The position numbers were made by a program, and so were the translations under genes. Shown here in pieces: positions 34,169 through 42,586 of a stretch of DNA of 64,000 nt (positions are counted from its first letter, which is position 1; every line of letters starts with the position of its first letter). Source of the stretch: a virus; IMG/VR virus record IMGVR_UViG_3300030419_004857, positions 1 through 64,000 of that record; one strand, 5' to 3'. The notes under the pieces are model-generated. The model was not told where the DNA came from. It worked only from the letters and a program-made list of their open reading frames with translations, and did not search any database.

Positions 34169-36450
34169 TGGCAGAATACACAAAGGCTAGTCTAAAGACT
34201 AAAATTAATGCTGATCTCGCTGACAACAGCGAAGGCGATATCAGTGCGCAAGATGTTAGAGAAAATATGATTAACATAGTTGACTCTGTTAATCCTATTA
34301 TGGCTAGCGGTTCCAGTGTATACTTTCAGAATGATGTTGCTATATGGTCTAGCGGAGTTCTCACAAAGAATACTGCGTTGGGAGTAATTAAAGGCCAGTG
34401 GGGTAAAAATTCAAGCGGTTTCTACGACACGTCAGCTATTCGCTTTTCAAGCGGCGGGGATACGGTCAATAAAGATGACGGCCACATATCATTTTACACA
34501 GCCCCTTCTGGATCTCTTAGCACTACAGGCGGTCCCGATTTAAGATGTAGAATGATGATCTCTAACAGCGGCGTTATTTCTATGTTCGGTAGTGGAGTTG
34601 TTCACCCCACTCTGCATTTACAATCTATACACGGTTCTGGACTCAACCTTTTATTCGACGGCTCTCCAAAAGACATGGCTGTTCCAGAAGGTAAAAATTT
34701 CCAGCTAGGACATTGGAATTCCAATACGTCTACATTTACCAATAGATTTACAATAAATGACAAGGGGTATATGGGCTTGGGGGTTGATTTGCCCAGCCAG
34801 CCAATTCATGTTAGACATTCTGGTGTTAATACTTCCAGTTATATTTTAAGGTTTGATTCCCAAAATTACCCTTCCTCGACTAACGCCGACATTCTTCTGT
34901 ACAAATATGATACGGGAACAACCACCCATAGTGCTGATGACATGCAGCTTGGATTTGGCATGGGTGTTAATGCTATAGGTAGTGGAAATGGTTATTTCTT
35001 TATTGGAAATGATGCAAACAGAGACTTTGCGGTCACCGCGCTGGAATCTATGCTCGTAATCAACAGTGGGGGAAATGTTGGCATAGGAACCACCATACCA
35101 AAAGAAAAGTTGGTAGTGGGAGAAGATCTGGGAGATCTAAGTACAACTGGAAATGCTGTAGTTATTGGGTCTAAAAATGGTCCCTCTCAATTATTTATAG
35201 GGTCTGGTATTAATGACCCCCTGACAGCGCAATATGGTAAGGTTAAATGGGAGGATGATAATCAGAGATTCGTTTTAAGCACCAAAAAGAATTATCATTA
35301 TGCGGATCAGCTAGTTTTAGATTCTACTAATGGCAACGTGGGAATAGGGGGTTCTGGCCATCCTTCAACAGTATGGCGTCCTTCTTACAATTTACACGTA
35401 GCTGCTAGCGGAGCTTCTGGAAAAATCGCTTTAGAAAATTCACGCAATACTGAGACCGCTATATACATTGGTAAAGACACTGACGGCACAGGCTCGGTTG
35501 GTGAAGGTCACTGGTCACAGATAGGCTATAAGTCTGCCACCGAAGTTCTCAAGATCAATAATTCGGGATCATTTGTCCCCTCTCATCTGACCATTGACAG
35601 ATTAGGCCACGTAGGCATAAGTACTGACTCAGTATATAGTTCTAACACCATAGGCACAGACAAGCTACATATTCACGGTGAAAATACCGGTGTCCTCATT
35701 GGAACTCCCTCTGGAGGATCTGGAAAAACTGCACTTAGACTGCTAGGCTCTAGAGAATCAGGCACTTCGTCTGACGACAACGCTTTTATCCAAGCTGGAA
35801 CTACATCTGCCGATACAGGTGCGAAATTACGCATAACCAGAATGGATACTGACGATACCAATATTTCACGCATGGATGTATATGCAGATACTTCTGAATT
35901 TCATGGAAACCTGTCTCTTGCGGGAAATATTTTACTAAACGACTATTGGATTAGTAACGATGGTGGCAATGAGGGTCTTAGAGTTGGTGATGATGGCAAG
36001 GTTGCTATCGGCAAGACTCCGGGCGCTACTCATACATTTGAGCTTAACAGCGGTCAGGGCGCTCAACCAACAAGCACACTATGGGTTAATACTTCTGACC
36101 AAAGAGTAAAAGAGAATATTGAAACTATTGATACGTCTGATGCTCTAGACAAAATAATGTTGTTAAGACCTGTTAGTTTCAATTTCACACACGATTTCTG
36201 TCATTGCATTAGTTCAGATCATGACCAAACCCACTATAACTTTATAGCTCAAGAAGTTGCAAGCGTCTTTCCTGATTCTGTAATTGATACTGATAATCAT
36301 GTTGAGGATCATGAAACGGGCGAGATATCAATATCTGATCTTAAGGGATTAGATGCGCATGCAATTAACATACATTTAGTTTCTGCTGTACAAGAGTTAA
36401 AAACACAACTTGACGCGGCATTAGTTAGAATTTCAGAACTAGAATCCTAA
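34168..36450 (+). CDS. Fibre protein with C-terminal intramolecular chaperone (peptidase S74)
   Basis: GNVGIGT repeats; SDQRVKENI..ALDKI..LRPVSF...FIAQEV..VFP followed by a coiled coil. Confidence 0.85.
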   Translation: MAEYTKASLKTKINADLADNSEGDISAQDVRENMINIVDSVNPIMASGSSVYFQNDVAIWSSGVLTKNTALGVIKGQWGKNSSGFYDTSAIRFSSGGDTVNKDDGHISFYTAPSGSLSTTGGPDLRCRMMISNSGVISMFGSGVVHPTLHLQSIHGSGLNLLFDGSPKDMAVPEGKNFQLGHWNSNTSTFTNRFTINDKGYMGLGVDLPSQPIHVRHSGVNTSSYILRFDSQNYPSSTNADILLYKYDTGTTTHSADDMQLGFGMGVNAIGSGNGYFFIGNDANRDFAVTALESMLVINSGGNVGIGTTIPKEKLVVGEDLGDLSTTGNAVVIGSKNGPSQLFIGSGINDPLTAQYGKVKWEDDNQRFVLSTKKNYHYADQLVLDSTNGNVGIGGSGHPSTVWRPSYNLHVAASGASGKIALENSRNTETAIYIGKDTDGTGSVGEGHWSQIGYKSATEVLKINNSGSFVPSHLTIDRLGHVGISTDSVYSSNTIGTDKLHIHGENTGVLIGTPSGGSGKTALRLLGSRESGTSSDDNAFIQAGTTSADTGAKLRITRMDTDDTNISRMDVYADTSEFHGNLSLAGNILLNDYWISNDGGNEGLRVGDDGKVAIGKTPGATHTFELNSGQGAQPTSTLWVNTSDQRVKENIETIDTSDALDKIMLLRPVSFNFTHDFCHCISSDHDQTHYNFIAQEVASVFPDSVIDTDNHVEDHETGEISISDLKGLDAHAINIHLVSAVQELKTQLDAALVRISELES

Positions 36451-36462
36451 TAGGAGAAAATC

Positions 36463-36711
36463 ATGGCTGATCCAGCAGTCAATATAAGTGGCACTACAGA
36501 AAGAAACGGTAGTATCGTAGTTGGTGCTCCAAGAGCCGCCGGAACTGGTGCTCTTGGAAGTAATTATATTATTACCCCCGGAGATGCAGTTTCGGCCACT
36601 TCAGGGCCGGTTCGTGGTGTCAATAACGCCATGGATATTGCTGATGTAGTTACCAAGTATGGCGCCAGATTTGACGATATAACATATTATACTGACGATA
36701 GTGCCGAATAA
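36463..36711 (+). CDS. Hypothetical protein (82 aa)
   Basis: AGGAG RBS. Confidence 0.65.
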   Translation: MADPAVNISGTTERNGSIVVGAPRAAGTGALGSNYIITPGDAVSATSGPVRGVNNAMDIADVVTKYGARFDDITYYTDDSAE

Positions 36712-36722
36712 TTGGGGCTGAC

Positions 36723-37214
36723 ATGGCTATTAATATTCCGTCATCAGCGTTTGAAAAATTCAATGAGGCCATCCTTCTTTTCAACAGGACTGTAACTTTA
36801 GTTTATCCTGAAAAGAGAGATAGGTGTCCTAATTGTATAGTTAATACTATTGGTGGAAGGTCTATTAATACTTATAGAAGTGGTGGGGCTTTCCCATTCA
36901 GTAGAGGGGTTCTTTGTCCTTTATGCGGAGGTAAGGGTCTAAAGTTAACAGAGAATACCGAAGAAGTCCAGATGAGAGTTTACCACAATGCTAGAGATTG
37001 GGTAAAGATAGGATTTGAAGCGGATATCCCTAGTGGGTCAATTCAGACTATAATTTATATGTCTGATTATGTGAAAGTTGTAAAGGCAAAAGAGTTGTTG
37101 GTTGATGTAGGAAAATATAACAAGATGCGTTTCAAGAGACTGGGAGAGCCTTTTACACAAAGCTTGCAACAAAATCCTACACAATACGCCGTTGTTTTTT
37201 GGGAGAGGGTATAA
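36723..37214 (+). CDS. Head-closure/neck-like protein with CxxC motifs
   Basis: CPNC...CPLC.G.G; synteny. Confidence 0.5.
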   Translation: MAINIPSSAFEKFNEAILLFNRTVTLVYPEKRDRCPNCIVNTIGGRSINTYRSGGAFPFSRGVLCPLCGGKGLKLTENTEEVQMRVYHNARDWVKIGFEADIPSGSIQTIIYMSDYVKVVKAKELLVDVGKYNKMRFKRLGEPFTQSLQQNPTQYAVVFWERV

Positions 37215-37888
37215 TGGCGGGAATAATTCCAGCACCGGGTTCAATTAATATAAAGCTTTTAGATACTGACGATATGATCGTTAGCTTGATAATGGCGGGA
37301 CTGGCTTCCAAGGCTAATGATGTAATTGATCGTGCTGCTAGAAAAAGTATATCACCTATTGGCGATGTCGTACAGGAGGCCGTTTTTAATTGTCCTGAGA
37401 TGGTAGAGTTAAGATCGGGAGTTCTCAGAGGAGAATTTGGTCTAACCAAAGGTAAAGCCCAGAGTGCCTCACAGGATATAGCCAAAAGGGTTGGCGATAG
37501 TATAATGGTCAGAGCGCATAAAGTTACATCTTTGGGTAGTTCATCAAAATTAAGAGGTGGAATCGAGATTTTGGTTCAGCCTATTGATTTTGGTAATGTT
37601 CTGTCCTCTCCTCTAGGAATGATTAGGTCAGAAAAAGGTGTACAATTACAATGGTTAGAATGGTTGCTGACTCTGGGAGATGCCGTTATTGTAGACGGTT
37701 ATGAATTCAGGGCCAAGCCGGGAAAGGGAAGAAGTGGATTAGGTGCTATGGCAGAAATGAAAACTGGCATATGGAGAGTCCCCCCTGAGTATGCTGGTAC
37801 AGAAGACAAGAACTTTATCACCAAAGCTTTAGACAATAGGAAGATTGGTGATAAAATTGCTTCAATTTTACAAAAAAATATGATGTAA
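37214..37888 (+). CDS. Neck/tail-completion-like protein
   Basis: TAATG-coupled; synteny. Confidence 0.5.
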   Translation: MAGIIPAPGSINIKLLDTDDMIVSLIMAGLASKANDVIDRAARKSISPIGDVVQEAVFNCPEMVELRSGVLRGEFGLTKGKAQSASQDIAKRVGDSIMVRAHKVTSLGSSSKLRGGIEILVQPIDFGNVLSSPLGMIRSEKGVQLQWLEWLLTLGDAVIVDGYEFRAKPGKGRSGLGAMAEMKTGIWRVPPEYAGTEDKNFITKALDNRKIGDKIASILQKNMM

Positions 37889-37904
37889 CCACAAAGGCTG
37901 TATC

Positions 37905-38969
37905 ATGGCAGAAAGCCACGCAAGATTAAATAAAATTAACAATGTGGGCGATACCAGTATAACCCCTGCGATTAGAGATAATCTTGTAGAGTTTTTTGAT
38001 TGGGCTATATTGGACGCTGGCGGATTCTTTAACGTAAATGTACCCACTGAAGGATTTTACGGGGGCGACAAACATAAGCTAAGAGTTGTTGACGATCCCA
38101 ATTATACCTTGGGGCAGGTGTGGGAGGGGTTCAGATCTAACTGGGTTTGGCAAAGTGGATTGTCATGCTCAGATCAACCTTTAGTTGTTCAAAAATTGTT
38201 GGAAGATAGTGAGTATCCTCTAGCGAAGCGATCACCGGGAATTTCCGGGGTCTTTATTGGGTCGACATTCCAGCCAGTGTCTGGAGTGGGAGATTACTCC
38301 CATCACATTAACTATCCAGCGGGGAGAGTGATCTTTGATAGTGCAATTTCCACCAGTAGCGATGTAAAGGTAGAATTTAGCTATAAATGGGTAAATGTTA
38401 TTCCGGCCAACAATGAGTTTTTTAGAGAGATCCAATATCGTTCTCAAAGAGCAGATGGAGATTTTACATTAGTGGGTTCTGGAGACTGGTCTCAGTTGGG
38501 TGAAACTAGGCTGCAACTACCGGCCATAGCGGTGGAGCCAACAGTTCGTAGAACTCATTCGCCCTTTAATTTAGGAAGCTCGGCATCTTATGTGGCCTCT
38601 GATGTTTTATTTCATGTTTTAGCAGAAGATGATTTTACAAGAGACAAGCTAGTTGACATGGTTTCTCTTCAAGGAGACAAGACTATTTTCATGTTTGATA
38701 GCGATAGAATTGGAAGAAGAGATGATTTTCCGTTAGATTACAGAGGAATGGTTGCGGCCAGCGGACAAAGATATCCAGAACTGGTTGCTCCTAGTGGTGA
38801 GGGAGGCTCCCCCGGTGCGGGGAAAGGATATAGAGTTGGTGCGTTGGCAGCGTCAGAAGGTAAATTTGACAGTTTACGACTTACTGAAGCTAGAGTGACC
38901 ACCACAAGCGCCTTAAGTCCGTCCTTATATCATGGGGTTGTAAGGATCACTACCGAGGCAATCATGTAA
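37905..38969 (+). CDS. Tail terminator-like protein
   Basis: LPAIAVE motif; immediately upstream of the tail tube gene. Confidence 0.5.
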   Translation: MAESHARLNKINNVGDTSITPAIRDNLVEFFDWAILDAGGFFNVNVPTEGFYGGDKHKLRVVDDPNYTLGQVWEGFRSNWVWQSGLSCSDQPLVVQKLLEDSEYPLAKRSPGISGVFIGSTFQPVSGVGDYSHHINYPAGRVIFDSAISTSSDVKVEFSYKWVNVIPANNEFFREIQYRSQRADGDFTLVGSGDWSQLGETRLQLPAIAVEPTVRRTHSPFNLGSSASYVASDVLFHVLAEDDFTRDKLVDMVSLQGDKTIFMFDSDRIGRRDDFPLDYRGMVAASGQRYPELVAPSGEGGSPGAGKGYRVGALAASEGKFDSLRLTEARVTTTSALSPSLYHGVVRITTEAIM

Positions 38970-38983
38970 AAAACCCCCCATTT

Positions 38984-38993
38984 GGTGTATAAT
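38984..38993 (+). promoter_or_regulatory. Putative late promoter GGTGTATAAT
   Basis: Motif copy before the major tail protein gene. Confidence 0.7.
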
Positions 38994-39033
38994 TAAACGA
39001 GCATAATATCCCCTCAACTAAGGAGAGAAAATA

Positions 39034-40056
39034 ATGCCTAATAGAGTATTTTGGGCGGGTCAAGGACTCGCTATTAACACAACTGTCAAAGCTCTGCACG
39101 AACCCGCCGCCGCCGATGCGGTCAACGTTCGTGGTATCCAGAGTGTTGGTATTACCACTACATTCAATCTAGAACAAGTTTTCCAACTTGGACAGCTTAC
39201 CGTATATGAAGATGTAGAAGATATTCCCGATATCGAAATTACGGTTGAAAGAGTACTTAACGACGATAAGAGTTTATATACTCTTACTGGAGCGGTTTCT
39301 GGTAATTCGCTCACCCAAAACCAAGACAAAACATTCGACGTGTATTTCGAAGTTCATAATGACGCGACCGAGAACATCGACGACGATGGAGGATTTCCAG
39401 CCGCACAAGCACATTGTTCGGGCTTGTATGTTTCTTCAATGAGTTGGACCTTCCCAACCGATGGAAACTGTACTGAATCGTTTACGTTTGTTGGTAATGG
39501 TAAAAAGTGGCAGTCTGGAAGCACAGTTGCATCGACTTATGACACCGATGGTATACCGACCGTGGTTGGCGAAGCCAAGGTTTGGCGTAGACAGCAGGTC
39601 GAACTGGAAACCATTCCAACTTCTGTTAACAACATGGATTCTACACCTAAAGTTATGAGTGCTTCAGTTAGTATCGATCTTGGTAGAGAAGCCATTAACG
39701 TTCTTGGCAAAAAACTACCTTATTATCGTTATGTGACTTTCCCAGTAGAAGTTACCTGTGAGCTTGAAGTTCTGGTTAGAGATGCTTACTCCGCAACCGA
39801 TAAGATGGCTGATGGTATTAATGCCGTTCCTGATCCGGGCGCTGGCAGTGGTTCTAACGTTACTGCTGAATCCATTAAAATTAAAGGAACTGGACGTGAG
39901 GCCGGTGGATACACCAAGGAGTGGAACTTGGGCGATAAGAATAAGCTTACTGGTGTCACTTGGGGTGGGGGATCGACCGGTGGTGAAAATGCCACTGTTA
40001 CGTTCTCATATAGAAACTTCAATGACTTTACTTATACCGAAACTGTTGTATCTTAA
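39034..40056 (+). CDS. Major tail (tube) protein
   Basis: Own promoter, AAGGAG RBS, beta-rich duplicated fold, upstream of chaperones and TMP. Confidence 0.7.
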   Translation: MPNRVFWAGQGLAINTTVKALHEPAAADAVNVRGIQSVGITTTFNLEQVFQLGQLTVYEDVEDIPDIEITVERVLNDDKSLYTLTGAVSGNSLTQNQDKTFDVYFEVHNDATENIDDDGGFPAAQAHCSGLYVSSMSWTFPTDGNCTESFTFVGNGKKWQSGSTVASTYDTDGIPTVVGEAKVWRRQQVELETIPTSVNNMDSTPKVMSASVSIDLGREAINVLGKKLPYYRYVTFPVEVTCELEVLVRDAYSATDKMADGINAVPDPGAGSGSNVTAESIKIKGTGREAGGYTKEWNLGDKNKLTGVTWGGGSTGGENATVTFSYRNFNDFTYTETVVS

Positions 40057-40191
40057 GATAAAGGGGGGAACCCCTGTCAGTACGTATTGCGATAGCCACA
40101 GAGGATAGGCGAGTGAACGTACTGGCGTAATACATAAGGAACGAGAGGAAGGCTATGAAAAAAATTAAGTTCCCGTTTGTGAAATTTCATC

Positions 40192-41205
40192 ATGAAACTT
40201 CATGAGCGGGAATTTTTTGTATCAAGGATCATGTCTGGTCTATTGAAGTATGAAAAAGATGACTTGATTCTTTTTATGCACCCGTTAGATGCTGGACAGT
40301 ATTATGAGGCTCAAGAAGTATTTCAAAAAACTTACCGCGAGGCATTGTCTGAGGGGATAATGACAGAGGAAGAATGCTTGTTAATGCTTGTTGAGCATGG
40401 ATTGTGGAATGATGAAAAGCAGGAAACGATGGATGGGATAGAGAAGGATATGGAAACGTTAAAAATTGAAGTATTTGAAGGCTATTTTAAGGAATCTGTA
40501 AAAAATGCTGCTAAGGATCTCTTAAATAATGCCAAGATAAAATACAGCGAACTTCATGATGAAAGACATTCATATGATTTTGTTACCTGTTTAGGTGTTT
40601 CTACTTTTGCCAGATTTAATTGGATTATAGAAAATACCACCAAACATCTTGACGGAAGCATGTGTGATTGGGAAGAAATTTCTATGCAAGATGTTTTGAT
40701 GCATTTTCAAAAATCTCAGATACCGGAAGATGACTTTAGAGAATTGGCTAGGAGTGAACCTTGGAGAACTATGTGGTCCACCGGAAAAGCAAATGGCCAA
40801 CTGTTCGATAAACCGGGGATAGAGTTAACTGTAGAACAGAGGACTTTAATGGCGTGGTCTGGATTATATGATAGCGTACAAGAATCACCTGAAGCCCCGC
40901 CCGATGAATTGATAGAAGATAATGATGCTTTGGATGGTTGGCTTTTGGTTCAAAAACGAAACAGGGAAAGAGACAAGGCCAAAGAACAAGCCGACTCTCA
41001 GTTCGGTGACAAAACTATGAATGCTGACGAAGTAATTGTATTTGGAGATAAAGATAAAGTTAATGCTTTGAATACTCCAGAATCAAAATGGACTAAAGCT
41101 CAAAGAATGAAACAGTTAGCGGAGGCGGGAGACAAAGGTGTTCGATATGATAAGTTTGATGATATGGTTCAGAAAAGAATTATCGAACAAAATCAATCAA
41201 CTTAA
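40192..41205 (+). CDS. Putative tail assembly chaperone
   Basis: Between tube and TMP; acidic and helical; related to 41588..42508. Confidence 0.5.
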   Translation: MKLHEREFFVSRIMSGLLKYEKDDLILFMHPLDAGQYYEAQEVFQKTYREALSEGIMTEEECLLMLVEHGLWNDEKQETMDGIEKDMETLKIEVFEGYFKESVKNAAKDLLNNAKIKYSELHDERHSYDFVTCLGVSTFARFNWIIENTTKHLDGSMCDWEEISMQDVLMHFQKSQIPEDDFRELARSEPWRTMWSTGKANGQLFDKPGIELTVEQRTLMAWSGLYDSVQESPEAPPDELIEDNDALDGWLLVQKRNRERDKAKEQADSQFGDKTMNADEVIVFGDKDKVNALNTPESKWTKAQRMKQLAEAGDKGVRYDKFDDMVQKRIIEQNQST

Positions 41206-41219
41206 ACGAAAGGAATAAA

Positions 41220-41585
41220 ATGGAAGACAGCTATGAAGAGTTAATCAGGCAGTCTGATAAATTTAAAACAGATAAGGAACAAAGATATAAGGAGGTATCT
41301 AAAGAGAGACTTCTTAAAATTGCCAAAAAGAAAATACAGACCACAATGATTGGGGCTTTAAGCTCACTAGAGAAGCATTTTGGTTTTCTTTGGGGACACG
41401 AACAAGAAGGAGAAGTAACTCCAGAACAGCAACATATGAAAGATCTTTATGAAGAAATTAGATCTGAAATATTAGATAAGGGAAATAACCAAATAAGGAA
41501 TCTTGAAACTGAATTTAGCTATTATGATATCACTTGGTTAAGATATCAAATGGTGTTACCTATGAAATCTCGTGAGGAGGGATAA
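41220..41585 (+). CDS. Hypothetical protein (121 aa)
   Basis: ORF track; AAGGA RBS. Confidence 0.65.
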   Translation: MEDSYEELIRQSDKFKTDKEQRYKEVSKERLLKIAKKKIQTTMIGALSSLEKHFGFLWGHEQEGEVTPEQQHMKDLYEEIRSEILDKGNNQIRNLETEFSYYDITWLRYQMVLPMKSREEG

Positions 41586-41587
41586 AC

Positions 41588-42508
41588 ATGGCCGAAAGAC
41601 TAACAGTAAACTCTACAGATTCAAAAGGAAAAAAGAAGAAGGTAATCATCGTATTACCAAACGCTAAAATTAATAAAGACGCCCAGCTTGCGTATAATAA
41701 ATCATTTAGCGATGCTTTAAAGTCAGGAGCCATTCTTAGACAGAAGCTCGACCAAGTCATGCGAGAGCAGGGAATTTGGAATGATGAAAAGCAAAAAGAA
41801 TACGACCAGATCATGGTCGATATTAATGATAATGAAAAAAAGCTTGCTGGCGGTGGTATCGCTCTTAGCGAGGCCAAAGCGGTTGCTGTTGAAATGAGAG
41901 TTTTGCGCGAGCGATTCAGAGGCTTGATTGCCGAAAGAACCTCCATGGATGGCAATACGGCAGAAGGACAAGCCGACAATGCCCGGTTCAATTACCTAAC
42001 TTACGCCTGTATGCTGGATGAACAAGGGGATCGAATTTTTGATTCCTATGATCATTATGAAGAAACCGTCGAAGAGCCATACGTGGTTGATTCTGCCGCA
42101 GCTTTAGCAGAAAAACTTTATGGTCTAGACCCTTCATACGAGACTAACCTTCCTGAAAATAAGTTTTTACAGGATTATAAATTCGTTGACAAGGATCTGA
42201 GATTTGTTAACGGGGATGGTCATTTGGTTGATTTAGAAGGTAGGTTAATTGATGACGATGGAAGGTTTATAAAGTATGATGATGAAGGCAATAAGGTGTA
42301 TATTGATATAGAAGGAAACGTTGTAGACGAAGAAGGTGAGTATAAGTTAGACTTTTCTCCATTTTTAGATGATTCGGGTGATCCTGTACCCGTTCCTGCT
42401 AAAAAGGAAGAAAAGAAAGAGGAAGAGGTTAAGAGCGAAGAGAAAAAAGAGCAGCCCAAAAAGGGCCGCAAAAAGAAAGTTTCTGCTGAAGTAGAATCCC
42501 AAGAATAG
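41588..42508 (+). CDS. Putative tail assembly chaperone
   Basis: AL..G......L...G.WNDEKQ...D.I segment shared with 40192..41205. Confidence 0.5.
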   Translation: MAERLTVNSTDSKGKKKKVIIVLPNAKINKDAQLAYNKSFSDALKSGAILRQKLDQVMREQGIWNDEKQKEYDQIMVDINDNEKKLAGGGIALSEAKAVAVEMRVLRERFRGLIAERTSMDGNTAEGQADNARFNYLTYACMLDEQGDRIFDSYDHYEETVEEPYVVDSAAALAEKLYGLDPSYETNLPENKFLQDYKFVDKDLRFVNGDGHLVDLEGRLIDDDGRFIKYDDEGNKVYIDIEGNVVDEEGEYKLDFSPFLDDSGDPVPVPAKKEEKKEEEVKSEEKKEQPKKGRKKKVSAEVESQE

Positions 42509-42526
42509 TTTAATCATCCTTGGACA

Positions 42527-42571
42527 GTGGGTGTACTGCTTATCTTTATGGTAACGGTGCGCCCATTTTTT
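42527..42571 (+). terminator. Terminator-like hairpin before the tape measure gene
   Basis: GTGGGTGTACTG..CGGTGCGCCCAT followed by a T-run. Confidence 0.6.
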
Positions 42572-42586
42572 ATGTGAGGCCAATAA

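Noticed and set aside
40192-42508. Programmed -1 frameshift tail chaperone (G/GT)
   Set aside because: No convincing slippery heptamer near the ORF ends; the downstream ORFs have their own SD and ATG
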